DNA of 64,000 nucleotides from Octopus sinensis (GCF_006345805.1 NC_043018.1:2790001-2854000); one strand, 5' to 3'. Counted from the stretch's first letter, positions 28,189-41,657 are shown. The notes: generated from the letters alone by a model not told the origin. Translations and numbers: made by a program.

Positions 28189-28294
28189 GATAGATAGATA
28201 GATGGATAGATAGATAGATATATAGATAGATAGATAGACAGACAGACTATATATAACTGTATATATATATATATATATAATATATATATATATC

Positions 28295-28337
<43 letters not shown>

Positions 28338-28839
28338 ATATATAATGTCTATTATAATATCATATATAACAGTATCAAATGTCACTCACATTTACGCACC
28401 AACGTAAGTTACATATTCACTCAGTAAAATGCTATTGTAATTGTAAAAAAAGAAAAAGAAACTTATATTATGGCTAAAATATTTTCGCATTTTGTTTCTT
28501 GGTTTTAGTGTAAATATATGTATCCGCCTGCGAATATTAATCTATATTGAAGTTTACAATAGAAATGTGTGCGTGTGTGTGTGTGTGTGTACGTATGCTA
28601 TTTTCGGTTTAGACTTTTGTTTTTTAATTCATTGTTTAAATGGAATGGAAGAAAATAAGAGCTTTTAAAATGTCTACATTTCTTTTTCCCTAATAAAATT
28701 ATGTTCTATTAACAATTGATATATATACATTTGTGGATATACATATTTTTTGTCTTTCTGTCTGTATAAATACCACATGAATTCATGTAACATTAGTTTT
28801 TCTAGAGCAATATATTTTTTCTTTCCGTCTAAGCGTGTC

Positions 28840-29055
28840 ATGATGTGTCTGGTAGAAGACTGAAGGGCTTTTCTTCTCTCTCAGCTTCCGCCAGTCTCCA
28901 CCTATTTACCTCCCTTTGCTGCCTGCCGTTAATTGTTGTCTTCCGTCTCCACTGTCTCTCAGAAGACCGTAAGCTACAGACTACATTATTGATATTACTG
29001 TTAACCTGTCGGTTATCCTCCATACTTTACCATTGTTCTCCGTACATCTAAGGGA
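28840..29055 (-). pseudogene. Possible RTE LINE ORF 3' remnant
   Basis: LRSSERQWRRKTTING....NRWRLAEAEREEK loosely matches the RTE C-terminal W..A.DR..WR..I..G pattern. Confidence 0.35.
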
Positions 29056-29729
29056 TTCCAGACCTTCCTATTGGGGTTCCAGACCTTTCTATTACTTTAA
29101 TGCGTAGATTTACCATATCCAATGCTTTTCTGAAAAGGCAGAGAAGAAAAGCTTGTTAGTGCCCTACCAACGTGCTCAAGTAGAACAAAGAGGGTCACTT
29201 AATAAAATAGGGGTTAAGGTACTATCAACGCATAGAACTAACACGACACATAAAGAGAATACAGTATCCACGCCCATAGTAACAGAAAAACCGAGCCGTA
29301 ACAGAAAACATGAATGGTACAATAAAACCTCCCACCACTTCACCAAACCACATGACGACAGTAGGCAGAAGCGGGTGGGAAGACACAGAAAGAAACAGTG
29401 TAATACACACACACAAAGGACAAACAATCGCATAGCTACGATGAAATATATAGGTAATAGTAAATAATGACGAATATTTATATGTCACGGATACGCACAA
29501 ACAACATACAGTAACTTCAGAAACGGCCGCATCAACAACAATAACAACATGAATAACAACAATAACAAAAGCAGCAAAAACAACGGCAAAAAGAACAGCA
29601 AAAATTACAATAACAACCACATCGGCAACAATATGAACGAAATATACAAACACAGAAACATACAAGGACAATATCAAGAATGTCAAGAACAGCAGTAGCA
29701 GAAGCAGCAGCAGAGGAGAAAACATGAAT

Positions 29730-30005
29730 GAAGGGAGGGGCAAAATTGCGCTGAGAACAACGTTGAGGGGAGGGATAAAAATACCATGGGGAAAACGTTG
29801 AGAGCGGGGGGACAAAGTAGCAGTGAGGTCAACGATGAGGAGAGGGACAAAATAGTACTGATTACACCGATGAGGAGAGGGAAAAACCCACTGAGAACAA
29901 CGATGAGGCGAGGGACAAAATACCACTCAGTGCAATGATGTAGGCAGGGACAACATATGACTGAGAAAAATGATGAGGGGAGGGACAAAATAACACTGAG
30001 AAAGA
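29730..30005. repeat. Degenerate ~35-bp purine-rich minisatellite, about 8 units
   Basis: Consensus approx. CTGAGAACAACGATGAGGGGAGGGACAAAATACCA. Confidence 0.8.
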
Positions 30006-30147
30006 TGCAGCGGAATCTGCAATGGATATACGCAGGGAATCATGGATATACTCAGTATTGCACCCAAAGACTTACACTCATGTATATACGCAGGAATGCA
30101 CCTAAGGCCTCATGCTTTGATTTCTATAACTTCGGAAAGTTAATCTC

Positions 30148-30543
30148 TTACTCTTATACTCTTTTACTTGTTTCAGTCATTTGACTGCGACCATGCTGGA
30201 GCACTGCCTTTAGTCGAGCAAATCGACCCCTGGACTTATTCTTTTGTAAGCCTAGTACTTATTCTATCGGTCACTTTTGCCGAACCGCTAAGTAACGGGG
30301 ACGTAAACACACCAGCATCGGTTGTCAAGCAATGCTAGGGGAACAAACACACACATACATATATATATATACATATATACGACAGGCTTCTTTCAGTTTC
30401 CGTCTACCAAATCCACTCACAAGGCATTGGTCGGCCCGGGGCTATAGTAGAAGACACTTGCCCAAGATGCCACGCAGTGGGACTGAACCCGGAACCATGT
30501 GGTTGGTAAGCAAGCTACTTACCACACAGCCACTCCTGCGCCT
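30148..30543 (-). mobile_element. SINE family A, full length
   Basis: Reverse complement of the head GGCGCAGGAGTGGCTGTGTGG through to the tail. Confidence 0.92.
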
Positions 30544-30954
30544 ATGAACTTTTATACCTCTTTTTTTCTTCTCTCCTTCCATTTCCTTATTCTCTAACTC
30601 CCTTCCTGTATGTTATCATTTTATTGATATATACCATTCTCATATTCCATATATTCCGTCCCACTTTGTCGCTGATGTGTAAATCCCATACTCGAGGATA
30701 TCCCGGAAACAGCTGTAAGGTTTTTAAATTCTTCCTGTAATAATATTGTATATTACTTGAGGTGTTTGCCTTGCCTTAATATTCGACGCCCTGTTTGACA
30801 ATCATATATTTACATATACATATATGTATATATTTGCACACACACGCACACAGGTATATATATATATATATGCATAAACATAAATACACTGACACACATA
30901 CATGACCATAGAAATACACACATACACACGCAGGCACACAGGATGACATGCTCG

Positions 30955-30958
30955 AAGC

Positions 30959-31032
<74 letters not shown>

Positions 31033-31265
31033 AATTAGTAGTATTAGCAGCGGCAGCCGCTTCAGTAGTAGTAGTAGTAGTAGTAGTAGAAAGAAGGGGA
31101 AGAGGAAAGGAAGAAGGAGGCTGATATGGAGAAGAAGGTGAAGGAGAAGAACAAGGCGGAAGTGAAGGAGGAGGAAGAGGTGGAAAGAGAGGAAGAGGAA
31201 GGGAGGAAGGGGGGTGAACATGAAGAAAGAAGAAGAAGAAGAAGAAGAAGAAGAAGAAGAAGAGG
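30955..31265. repeat. (TAG)n and (GAA)n microsatellites
   Basis: Directly visible. Confidence 0.9.
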
Positions 31266-32139
31266 AAAGGCGGAAAGAGGTCAGCCAGTGCTGAATTTTT
31301 TTTCTCAACTTTGTGAGTGCTGATCTTCGAATAAACAAACACGAGCGCCATATTAATAACTTACTTAAGCGAAACCGTACGAAGTGTATAAAACAATACA
31401 CAATATTAAAAACAAAACAAAACAAAAACAACTTAGGACACAACACTAAGCTAGTATTGAAAGGTGGTGTTAAATGTATCCTTGGCTTCCTTGTTATGTT
31501 TTATTTCCTTCACTTTGTTTTCAAAGACTTTCATTGCCTTTCTCGATTCTCATAATTAATCTGTCGATTTGATGGACACACACAGAGAAAAAAAAAGTGG
31601 AGAAATATTAAATCATTTATACTCATAATCTTTGTCTTTCACGATGTAAAAAATTGTTTTATTCTGCCTATAAAAAGTGTTTGATAAATCTAGTTAGAAT
31701 CTATGCCAAGTAAAACATAGAAATTTTATAAAGCAATCTATCGTAAACAAATATTTATCCAATACCGCACTTAAATGTATTCTATTTACTTGCTTCAATC
31801 TATCGCATCGCTCTTAGCGATTTCTGTAGCTCAGAAATTAAATGATTGGTAATTGTGTCGCCAACATTTTGACTACTTTTCTATGGGGAGGCCTTAAGAG
31901 GCAGAAATATGGCTGCTAAATTCCTTAATGGATTTTAAAGTTCAGCATAAAAAAACCCTCTGCCTTTCTTATATCTTTTGCCTTTTGCCATTTAACCCTT
32001 AATCGATACAGTTATTGGGCTGTGGCCCTGATGTCGTTGCAGTGTTTGGTCCCATCATACGACTAGAGAACTTATTCTATCGTTCTCACAATCCGAACTG
32101 CTAGTTTAGGGAACCTGAACAAGCTAACACCTATTGCCA

Positions 32140-32390
32140 TGTGGTACTGAGGGACCAAGAAAACACACACACACACACATATATATATATATGCATATAT
32201 ATATAAACACACACACATATTCATAAGACATGCTTCTTTCAGTTTCCATCTACCAAATCCACTCACAAGACTTTGATCGGCCCGAGCTATATGAAAAGGC
32301 ACTTGTACAATGTGTCACACAACGGGACTGAACCGAAAGCTATGAGTTTGTGAAGGAAACTTCTTGACACACAGCCACGCCTGCGTCCAT
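32140..32390 (-). mobile_element. SINE family A, diverged 5' half
   Basis: cttctttcagtttccatctaccaaatccactcacaag...cacagccacgcctgcg. Confidence 0.8.
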
Positions 32391-32959
32391 GTACCAAAAG
32401 TTTGATCTCATATAAGTTATTTCCCTTGCTTATCATTTAGTTTTTAAATGTTAAATTACTTCTTCTTTGGACAAACCATTGTTCATCGAAGCTTTTCAAT
32501 TTATCATTTGTCACAAACGACTGATACTACGTTGTCTATACAACATTGTGAAATATCTCCCTTCAAATATAGACATGGTGTCCTTGTTTCCATTTGGCTT
32601 ATCGTCTCTACTCTTTCTTGTACTCCACTAAAATCCTGTACTAATTATTTTTCGGTATTTGTTATGTATCTCTTCTTCAACTGAATCAGCTAATTCCCTA
32701 CAAACCAACGGAATAAAAATCGAATTGTTCCCAATAATTTAAAATACCTAAACTTTAATAAATTCGTTTGTGTTATTTAGAACAGGATAAACTCGAATCC
32801 CGAAGAGAGTTTTTTTTTTTATTGTTTCTTTTTAGTCACAAAATTCCTTAACACGACTATCTTTCATATTTGGAACAGCAAGATGTGAAATGGGGAAAAT
32901 TTACCTGTTAGTTTACCTGTTAATTCGGATAGGATAACTGTACTGTAGAGAGTTGAAGT

Positions 32960-33190
32960 TGTTAAGATTCTTCCGCGTCATAAAAGCTCATGGGGCCGGT
33001 TTCCCGCTTTCCGTAGCGCATATATTCGCACACTTGTCGGGATTACTAATGTTTGCTAAATTAAGGGACTGGAGCAACGTGAAATTAAAGGGTTTGCTCA
33101 AGAACACAACGCGTCACTCTGTCAAGGAATCGAAATCACAACCATCTGATTATGATCCCAACCCTTACCACTAAGCCCTGCGCCTCCGCT
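32960..33190 (-). mobile_element. tRNA-derived SINE family D
   Basis: Reverse-complement head ggaggcgcagggcttagtggtaaggg, body ttcttgagcaaa..tttcacgttgctccagtcc; related to 61760-62050. Confidence 0.7.
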
Positions 33191-34799
33191 TCTTAGCTCA
33201 TATATATCTTATTTCAGCATCAGGTTATAAATGAAGTGGTATAACTATGAGTATTTGATATTCATTTCTTTTTAAACTATGTTCTGCTTAAATTTGATTG
33301 AACAGTCTCTCGGCGGACAATTGTCAGGTGTTTCAATCTTCAATCCCCATGATCTTAACTATTAGATAATGATGTAACAACGGATGGAAATCGAATTTCT
33401 TAGAGATATATTTAGATATCTTGAATACGAAGAAGCCATTCCAGGGAATTTAAATTCAATACAAAAAATATTGAAGCCAAGTAGCATCTGTAATACAAAA
33501 GTAATGTAGAGATGAAACATGAAAAAATAAACATGCGATTATAAATGGTATAAAAACAGCAAAGAACAATGGAATTGGGAATACAAAAAAACACTATCGG
33601 AGAAAATCTGAAGGAAATGTCGGTAAACAGAAATGTAATATGTTTCCAAACGTTTGCGAAAATTTCAGTGAAAACAACTGACATAGCATTTCCTATGTCA
33701 AGCAAGGTAATAGGGCAGAATATCATTCTGCAGGTAGAACAGTTATGAAGTAATCAGGCAAAGAAAAATGCGAGATTAGCAGTTCATAAGAAAAGAACCG
33801 TCCAGGAAATTCTATAGAAAAAGAAAATTACGGAACGATGTAGAAAAGAACTACGAGGAAGTAAAGGAAGCAAGAAAGAAAAAAAAGAAAGAGAATATCG
33901 AAGGAGGTATATGTTAAAAGTGTGAATGTATCCACTGATATTTACATAATGATAATAAAAAAAAGTGATGAAAAAAATGATGCGCTACCATTAGAGCCTT
34001 AAATGGAAATACACATGATTCTAATACGCATGTTACGGTAAAAACGTTGCTAAAGCAAAAAGGAAAATTAATAAAAAACATAAATAACGATGCAGAAAAC
34101 TAATGTAAATACTGTCGATTTTTGAAGAACAATGCAAAGAAAAATTTGTTTACTACAATTTAAAATTAAAAGAAAAAAACATCGACAGACCTTGAAAAAT
34201 GGAAAGAGGAAAAAAACAAAGAGGGTGAAATGTTAGTTGAAAATAAATAAAGAATTGCGTTGTACAAAAAAGAAAACGAAATTAAAGAAGAAAATGCATG
34301 AAAATCGTTAAGTTGATAGTAAACAGATAGAAAATAGATTTGTTTTATTCAATGTTCGATATTTAAAGCAATAAAAGTGAAAACATGCGTTGTTAAAGGA
34401 AAATGAACGGATTAAAAGTTCGGTGGAATTCGTTTAAAATGCATTTGTTTTTTCTTGTCAATGGTTTTTAATGTTTCATCTGTCACTGCATAAAACCCCG
34501 CGGCTTTGCTCGAAGACGGGGTTGTGGAGTCGGCGTTGCCTTTTGGTTGTTATTGCTGTAGTTGTATTTGTTGTCATTGTTGTTGCTATTAATGGTAGTG
34601 GGTGGAGTTGGTGTTGGTGGAGAAGGGGTTGAGGAGGTGTTGGTGGTCGATACGGTTGCTGGTGCCACAGGGCAAAGGTAAGAGATCAGAATTGTCGTGA
34701 CAGTTGCGTCTTTACATGCGCTCGTGTTTGGAAGTTCTATAACAAACATACATAAATTCATACACATATGCATACATACCTGCATAGATAGAGAGATAA

Positions 34800-34801
34800 G
34801 A

Positions 34802-34894
<93 letters not shown>

Positions 34895-34991
34895 CGAATA
34901 GATAGATAGATAGATCGATAAATACATAGGGAAGTAGATAGATCGATTGATAGGTACGTAGATAGGTATGTCGATAGATCAATAGATACGC

Positions 34992-35067
<76 letters not shown>

Positions 35068-35095
35068 TGATTGATAGACAGACAGACAGATAGGT
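34800..35095. repeat. (TA)n-(GATA)n microsatellite
   Basis: Directly visible. Confidence 0.95.
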
Positions 35096-35689
35096 ATAGC
35101 TATATGATCTTTCCGTGTCCTGGTAGTAATTTCAAGCGAACCGACAGACCAAAGTTTTGCAATTACATTTCAGCTGAAATGGTTTTCGTCGTTGTCATCG
35201 ATGTTCGTGATATTATGGTTTTATTATTGCGTAAACCTTAGATCTGTCCATATCCATTAGAACCAATGATGAACAGCAATCTGAACGTAAGCAACCCTTC
35301 TTGTTTCAAACGGAATATACCTTATAATTACGCTGTGTAATTTGTACTTCGGTTTTTGTAACATACTAATTAGATGCATGGGATTTCGGGGATTTCTTTC
35401 TATCGACAGCTATAGAACCCATAGACGTTTCAGATATGACGCACAAGTACTGACTAATTAGCCTTTACTTACTTTTTTAACTCTGTAGTATTACATGTGG
35501 AGATCTAAATCGCAGCTCCATACTACAAATCTATCGCCATCTCAGAGAAGTACTTCTTCCTTACATTAATATAGAAGCTAAGACATGAGCACAAAATCAG
35601 AACCAGCCGCAACAAGCACACTGCTAAAACATTTCCTCGAACGCTCTGACAATCCTGCCAGGCCACTGCCATTAATTCTAAGAGAAAGG

Positions 35690-35805
35690 ATTTAGAGTGA
35701 TAGAGTTAGTAGAATGCATCGACCTCAATACTTGACTAGAGTTTTGTGTTATTGATCCCGAAAGGATGGAAAGCAAAGCAGATCCCGACAGAACTTGAAC
35801 TCAGT
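35690..35805 (-). mobile_element. Degenerate SINE family B
   Basis: atcgacctcaatacttgac...gatcccgaaaggatggaaagcaaag...ttgaactcag. Confidence 0.6.
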
Positions 35806-36522
35806 ATCTTATGTATAGAAAGAAATAATCATTTCTTTATTGGCCACAAGGGCCGAAGTGTCGACAAAAATATAGGATAAAAGTAATAAGTCCAAAGAAA
35901 TTAAGAAAGAGTTTAACGCCATTCCTGTTTCCCATTCCTTTTCCAACAGCACAGAATCCAACGAGAAACACTCATGCCTTCAAGAAGGTAAACAATGTCA
36001 CCAAAAGCAGGAACATTACCAACACAACCACCAAAAATAATTACACCACCACAGCTACATCCCTCACCAATTCAAATAAGATAAGCGGTACCTACACCAC
36101 CGTCACAAGCAGCAGCAGCACCACCGCCACCAACACCACTACCATCGCTGATACTGCCACCAGCCATCATTCACTTCCTTCCAGTAAAATTCTGTTAACG
36201 ATAAAATAAGTTGTAATTCAAAGAGAGCGAAGATTTTAAACAACATTAGATCAAAAGGTGCCATACGTTTGGGGAATGGAATTATATTTTAATTTTGTTT
36301 AACTTCGTTTACACAAACAATGTTAGTGCGTGTGTGTGTGTGTGTGTGTATGCGTGTGTATGTATATCTGTATGTAGGTAACTAGGTAGGTAGATAGGTA
36401 GGTGGTTAGGTATGCATGTGTATATACACACGTTGGCATGTTGAGCACATATGTATATGCATATACACACACACGCACACACATAAATAGGCATGTATGA
36501 ATGGAAGCATGTATGTACTATA

Positions 36523-36577
<55 letters not shown>

Positions 36578-37195
36578 ATGTGTGTGTGTTATATTTATAC
36601 ATATATATATATAAGTAGTAGGTCTGTATGTATTTAAACATATAGGCATGCATTTGAGTATGTGCATGTTTTACATAGGTATGTATGTGAACCTCTAAGG
36701 ATACGCACACACGCACACATATCTGCATTAGGTTCACAAGTGTATTAAAATGCACTTATACACACATATAAACACATATTTATACCTGCATAAGCACTAG
36801 TACGTATGCATGCACAGATAATTGTACAAAGATTTACTCTCTCACACGCACACACACACGTATACACACTAAAACATATACATGTGTATAAAATTTAATC
36901 CATACATATTCGTGCATAAACACATAAATACATACAAATGAATACATTTCTATCCACACTCTTAGCTTTTCTTTAATTGTTCACTATAAACAGTTTTAGC
37001 TCATTAATTTAATCAAATTCATTCAACTTTATGCTGCAATGTCATTTCGGTTTTCCATGTACGAAACGATGTTTGTTTTCCTCTATTTTTTCGACAAAGA
37101 AGTACATTTTGCAAAGAATCGATGTACTTAGAGAGGCTTCCCTTGTTGTTGCTTCAATTTTATACACATAATATAATATAATATAATATAATATA

Positions 37196-37226
<31 letters not shown>

Positions 37227-37284
37227 ATATATGTATATAATATATGTATATATATATGTATATATATATATATATATGTATATA

Positions 37285-37697
37285 GGCGCAGGAGTGGCTG
37301 TGTGGTAAGTAGCTTGCTAACCAACCACATGGTTCCGATTTCAGTCCCACTGCGTGGCATCTTGGGCAGATGTCTTCTTCTATAGCCCCGGGCCGACCAA
37401 TGCCTTGTGAGTGGATTTGGTAAACGGTAACTGAAAGAAGCCTGTCGTATATATGTATATATATATGTATGTATGTTCGTGTGTGTTTGTGTGTCTGTGT
37501 TTGTCCCCCTAGCATTGCTTGACAACCGATGCTGGTGTGTGTCTATGTCCCCGTCACTTAGCGGTTCGGCAAAAGAGACCGATAGAATAAGTACTAGGCT
37601 TAAAAAGAATAAGTCCCGGGGTCGATTTGCTCGACTAAAGGCGGTGCTCCAGCATGGCCGCAGTCAAATGACTGAAACAAGTAAAAGAGTAAAGAGT
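37285..37697 (+). mobile_element. SINE family A, full length
   Basis: GGCGCAGGAGTGGCTGTGTGG head to GTAAAAGAGTAAAGAG tail. Confidence 0.92.
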
Positions 37698-37699
37698 AT

Positions 37700-37915
37700 A
37701 CATAAATATATACCGCAGTAAGTGCATAAATGTGAAACAATGTGGAAAAAAGAGTACTCAAATACCAGAGGTAGGGTAATATGATTTATTTAAAAGCAGC
37801 AGAAATATAACAAAAGTTGTTACTCAGAGTTTCACGTTCCCGTTCGTCGGACAGTTTTGTCGGGAACGTGAAACCCTGAGTAGCAACCATGGTTACATTT
37901 CTGCTGCTTTTAAAT
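37700..37915 (-). mobile_element. Penelope-like terminal fragment with an inverted duplication; same family as 8493-8690
   Basis: Reverse complement of the 8590-8680 tail, plus palindromic arms around 37810-37900. Confidence 0.7.
37810..37860 (-). ncRNA. Minimal type-I hammerhead ribozyme motif (U4C core variant)
   Basis: Minus strand: ACAAAACTGT-CCGACGA-ACG-GGAA-CGT-GAAA-CTC-T-GAG-T-A^ACAACTTTTGT. Helix I is 3+6 bp with an internal loop; predicted GUA^ between 37821 and 37820. Confidence 0.7.
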
Positions 37916-37949
37916 ATAGTGTATATATATATATATATATATATATAGA

Positions 37950-38114
37950 CTCGACCGGCTTCTTCCAGTTTCCGTCATTCAAATCCACTCATAAGGCTTT
38001 GGTCGGCCCGAGGTTATAGTAGAAGACACTTGCCCTAGGTACCACGCAGTAGAACTGAACTCGGGACCATGTGGCTTGTAAGCAGGCTACTAACCGGAAA
38101 GTCACTCCTGCACC
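37950..38114 (-). mobile_element. SINE family A, 5' half
   Basis: Reverse complement of the head and body. Confidence 0.8.
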
Positions 38115-38193
38115 TATATACATATATATTATACATATATATTCATATGTGTGTATATATACGTTTGTACGTATGCATATATGTATATGTATA

Positions 38194-38256
<63 letters not shown>

Positions 38257-38649
38257 TTTACGTGTGTGTATGTAAAGAGAAAAATATATGGATAGATAGA
38301 TAGATGGGTTGAATGTCTATACATATGTAAGTAGGTAAATGTATACAGTTGTATGTATACAGTTATATGTGTATATCTGTATATAAGTATATATATATTC
38401 ATATATGTATAAACCTGCAATACTATGCTCATCTCAAGCGTAGAGTGCTGTAGTTGGCAAAAGTGTGACCAATGGTCTGTTGCACTGAACAATTTTGGAC
38501 TTGCCAACCGTTTTTGTGTGAAGATGTATATTACGTCATTTGAAATGTTGGAATGCGAAGCAGAAAACAATAGATGTCCATTGACAGTAATAGTTGTAAC
38601 ATAGAACTTTGCTGTATTAAAACTGATGTAAAAATTTTCATACAAATAC

Positions 38650-38690
<41 letters not shown>

Positions 38691-38798
38691 CGTGTGTGTG
38701 TGTGCGTGCGTGTGTGTGTGCGTGTGTGTGTGCGTGTGTGTGTGTGACTTCGTGTTTGTGTATGTGTGTATGTGTGAGGGCGTGTGTATGTATGTATT

Positions 38799-38836
<38 letters not shown>

Positions 38837-39088
38837 AATTCAGAAGAATGCAGAAAATCTCGTTTTTAATTGATCATCACAGCATAAATTAAAGACGAAC
38901 ACTTTAGTTGTGCCACCATATTTAGTTATTGTAAAAAAAGGTACAAATTATTAGGTGAGATCTGCAATAATTGCTATCATACCTTAACATACCTAAGCGT
39001 GTTTAAGTGTAACATATGGCGGTCATTGTTTTATATTTTACAGGAGAAATACTTTTCTCATTTAGGAAGATTATGAATACAACACACT

Positions 39089-39209
39089 CAGGATTCTGAG
39101 ACGCCGTTGTTTCGAAAGGGCCTGTCTCATTAGCCAGTAACAACAGAACCATTAAGGTTCTAGCTGACGAGACGGAACCAGATGGTATCGCATCGTCTCA
39201 GATTCCTGT
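39089..39209. ncRNA. Pair of divergent, degenerate hammerhead-like motifs forming a long stem
   Basis: Minus: CTGG-CTAATGA-helix II-GAAAC-AACGGC-GTC^TCAG (39137-39096, G5A). Plus: CTAG-CTGACGA...GTC-TCAG (39160-39202, lacks GAAA). Outer stem caggattctgagacg/cgtctcagattcctg. Confidence 0.45.
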
Positions 39210-39296
39210 ACGTCATTGGACCAAGTGTGGTCCCACTGTTATCGTGAAGAGAGAAGATATTTTCCTACCGGCTACACTATATCGGCCAGCATATTG

Positions 39297-39357
<61 letters not shown>

Positions 39358-39568
39358 TATATATAAGTTCAGCAAAAATTTACATTGAAATGAATATGGT
39401 ACTGAATTTAGATGCACCAGAATTCTCTATGGTGTTATCCATAAAAATCCGTGGGGTGATTATAATCAAAATAAGCAACAACAATGACGAGGGTAAAATA
39501 GCGAACGCTCGAGAAATAGTTTCTTTGACGAAAGAAAAGATATGTATATTTGTGTGTGTGCGTGTGTG

Positions 39569-39822
39569 TATTACAACAGTCTTAAAATGCTGAGCACTCA
39601 TCAGCCAATTATAGAGGTTTACCATTAATACAAAAAATTTCATATCATATTAGTCAGTTGATGGGCTCCACTACCTCAAATGTTCTTAAAATTTAAATCC
39701 ACATCTTTGTCTATATATCTACCTTCTCTATAATGTTGCCACTTGATAGGAAAATTTTTGTATTAATGGAAAACCTCTATAATTGGCTGATGAGTACTCG
39801 GCATTTTAAAACTGTTGTAATT
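39569..39822. mobile_element. MITE-like foldback, ~78-bp arms with about 6 mismatches
   Basis: attacaacagtcttaaaatgctgagcactcatcagcc... and its reverse complement at 39745-39822. Confidence 0.7.
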
Positions 39823-39900
39823 CTTAACACATTTAATAAAATGATGTAGTACGAAACGATCGTACCAAATTACCGGAGTCATTCTTGTTGCTTATTTTTG

Positions 39901-39963
<63 letters not shown>

Positions 39964-40182
39964 GTGGCGTGTCTGTACACGAAATTTTTAGCAGAATTAA
40001 TAACACTTTACTATTCTCCAGTTTCTCCTGTAACACTCATTAAAATAATTCGAGTTATTGTGTTGATATAAACATTATAATTTGACATAACTTGACGTAA
40101 GCGACATCAACGCAGATAAATATTGGAAAGAAAAGTTTTTGGCGTAGTTACCATATACATTATAAACAATGACTCAATATGA

Positions 40183-40215
<33 letters not shown>

Positions 40216-40621
40216 CAAAAATATTCGAAATTTTCTCTACGTATCTTGTAGGTGTCAATGAAATTTGAAACAATAAACTAATTTACAGTGTAAGCAAAAT
40301 GCATAAAATTTAAATTCTGGCATACTCCTGTAATTATTTACGCTGTCTATGCTAATATCATTCACCAATTGTATCGGAAGGAAATTGAGGGAGAAATGCA
40401 GTAATTTTGTGTTTTAGCTTATATAAACGATTAACACGACGCATAGAGAATGAGATATCATATATTGAGAATGAGATATCAAAAGTTATACTGCATTCAA
40501 TGTATTTGCTCCACTGAGTTGTTTACAATATCAAATTAATCTGAAAATTTGCTTCCACCTCATTTGTTAAGCTACCGTATCATATTTGGCTACATGCACA
40601 GATACACACGTTCTTTGGTAT

Positions 40622-40673
<52 letters not shown>

Positions 40674-40689
40674 ACACACACACAAAAAC

Positions 40690-41060
40690 ACACATATCTT
40701 TTCTTTTGTCACAGAAACCATTTCTCCAGCATTCGCTAATTTACCCTCGTTCTGGTCGAACGACCCTCCATGTTTGTTTTCGTTCGGTTCCCTTGTATGT
40801 ATCAACTGTCCTGTTTTTGTTCGCAACTTTGGCCCTCCATAAATCCCAAATTTTAGTTTTGTACTTATGTGAGTAACTGTCTTCGAAGACTCATAATGTC
40901 GTTCAATGCTGGAAATGAAAGGTAGATAGACACCCATCAAGTGATGAAGGGTCAATCTTTGTGTTACTTGTCCATTGCTTCCTCTCGTTGTTTGCGTATT
41001 GAACACCTTTGTTTTCGTATTTCATGTTGTTTACTGCTGGTGACGTCCTGTACCCATACA
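40690..41060 (+). mobile_element. Non-coding repeat between microsatellites, related to the Penelope-like end at 1870-2556
   Basis: Ends gtcctgtacccata like 2126-2139. Its 5' part matches the reverse complement of 39485-39545 and resembles 2524-2550. Confidence 0.45.
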
Positions 41061-41066
41061 CACACA

Positions 41067-41124
<58 letters not shown>

Positions 41125-41128
<4 letters not shown>

Positions 41129-41392
41129 CAGCGTGGAAGTTATTTGTAAGCCGTTGATGAACACACAAAAAACAGTTTTGTGACAAAATAATTTCGTCGC
41201 TTTGAAACTGCGACCTGTTCACTATCAGAACTTGGCACTTGAAGATGCAGCGCCAAGTTTTGTTAGTTTCAAAGGCACAAAAATATTTTGACGCAAATGA
41301 ATATTAAATGTCGCAGTGAAACTAACACTTTTTGTATGTTCTTGAATGGCTTACAAATATCTTCTACACTGCAACTGTTTTTGTTTCAGCAC
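41125..41392. mobile_element. Tc1/mariner-type MITE with ~55-bp TIRs
   Basis: Left tacagcgtggaagttatttgtaagccgttgatgaacacacaaaaa; right tttttgtatgttcttgaatggcttacaaatatcttctacactgca. Confidence 0.75.
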
Positions 41393-41440
41393 ACGATCTT
41401 AGATCAAGTCACTTGGTATGCAAGATGCAAGTACATCTAA

Positions 41441-41478
<38 letters not shown>

Positions 41479-41482
41479 CAGT

Positions 41483-41521
<39 letters not shown>

Positions 41522-41618
41522 GTGGTTTTTATAGTCAGAGTTTCGACTGCTATTTCGGCATGTTGGTGTCTCTTAGACACCCTCATTTTTAATTGTATAT
41601 ATATATATATATTCCCGT

Positions 41619-41657
<39 letters not shown>

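Noticed and set aside
27586-30005. Regular repeats (14-bp array and 35-bp array) as possible CRISPR-like arrays
   Set aside because: No unique spacers, eukaryotic context and no cas genes; they are plain tandem repeats.
39784-39815. CTGATGAG inside the foldback arm
   Set aside because: No helix II followed by GAAA, so it is not a hammerhead.
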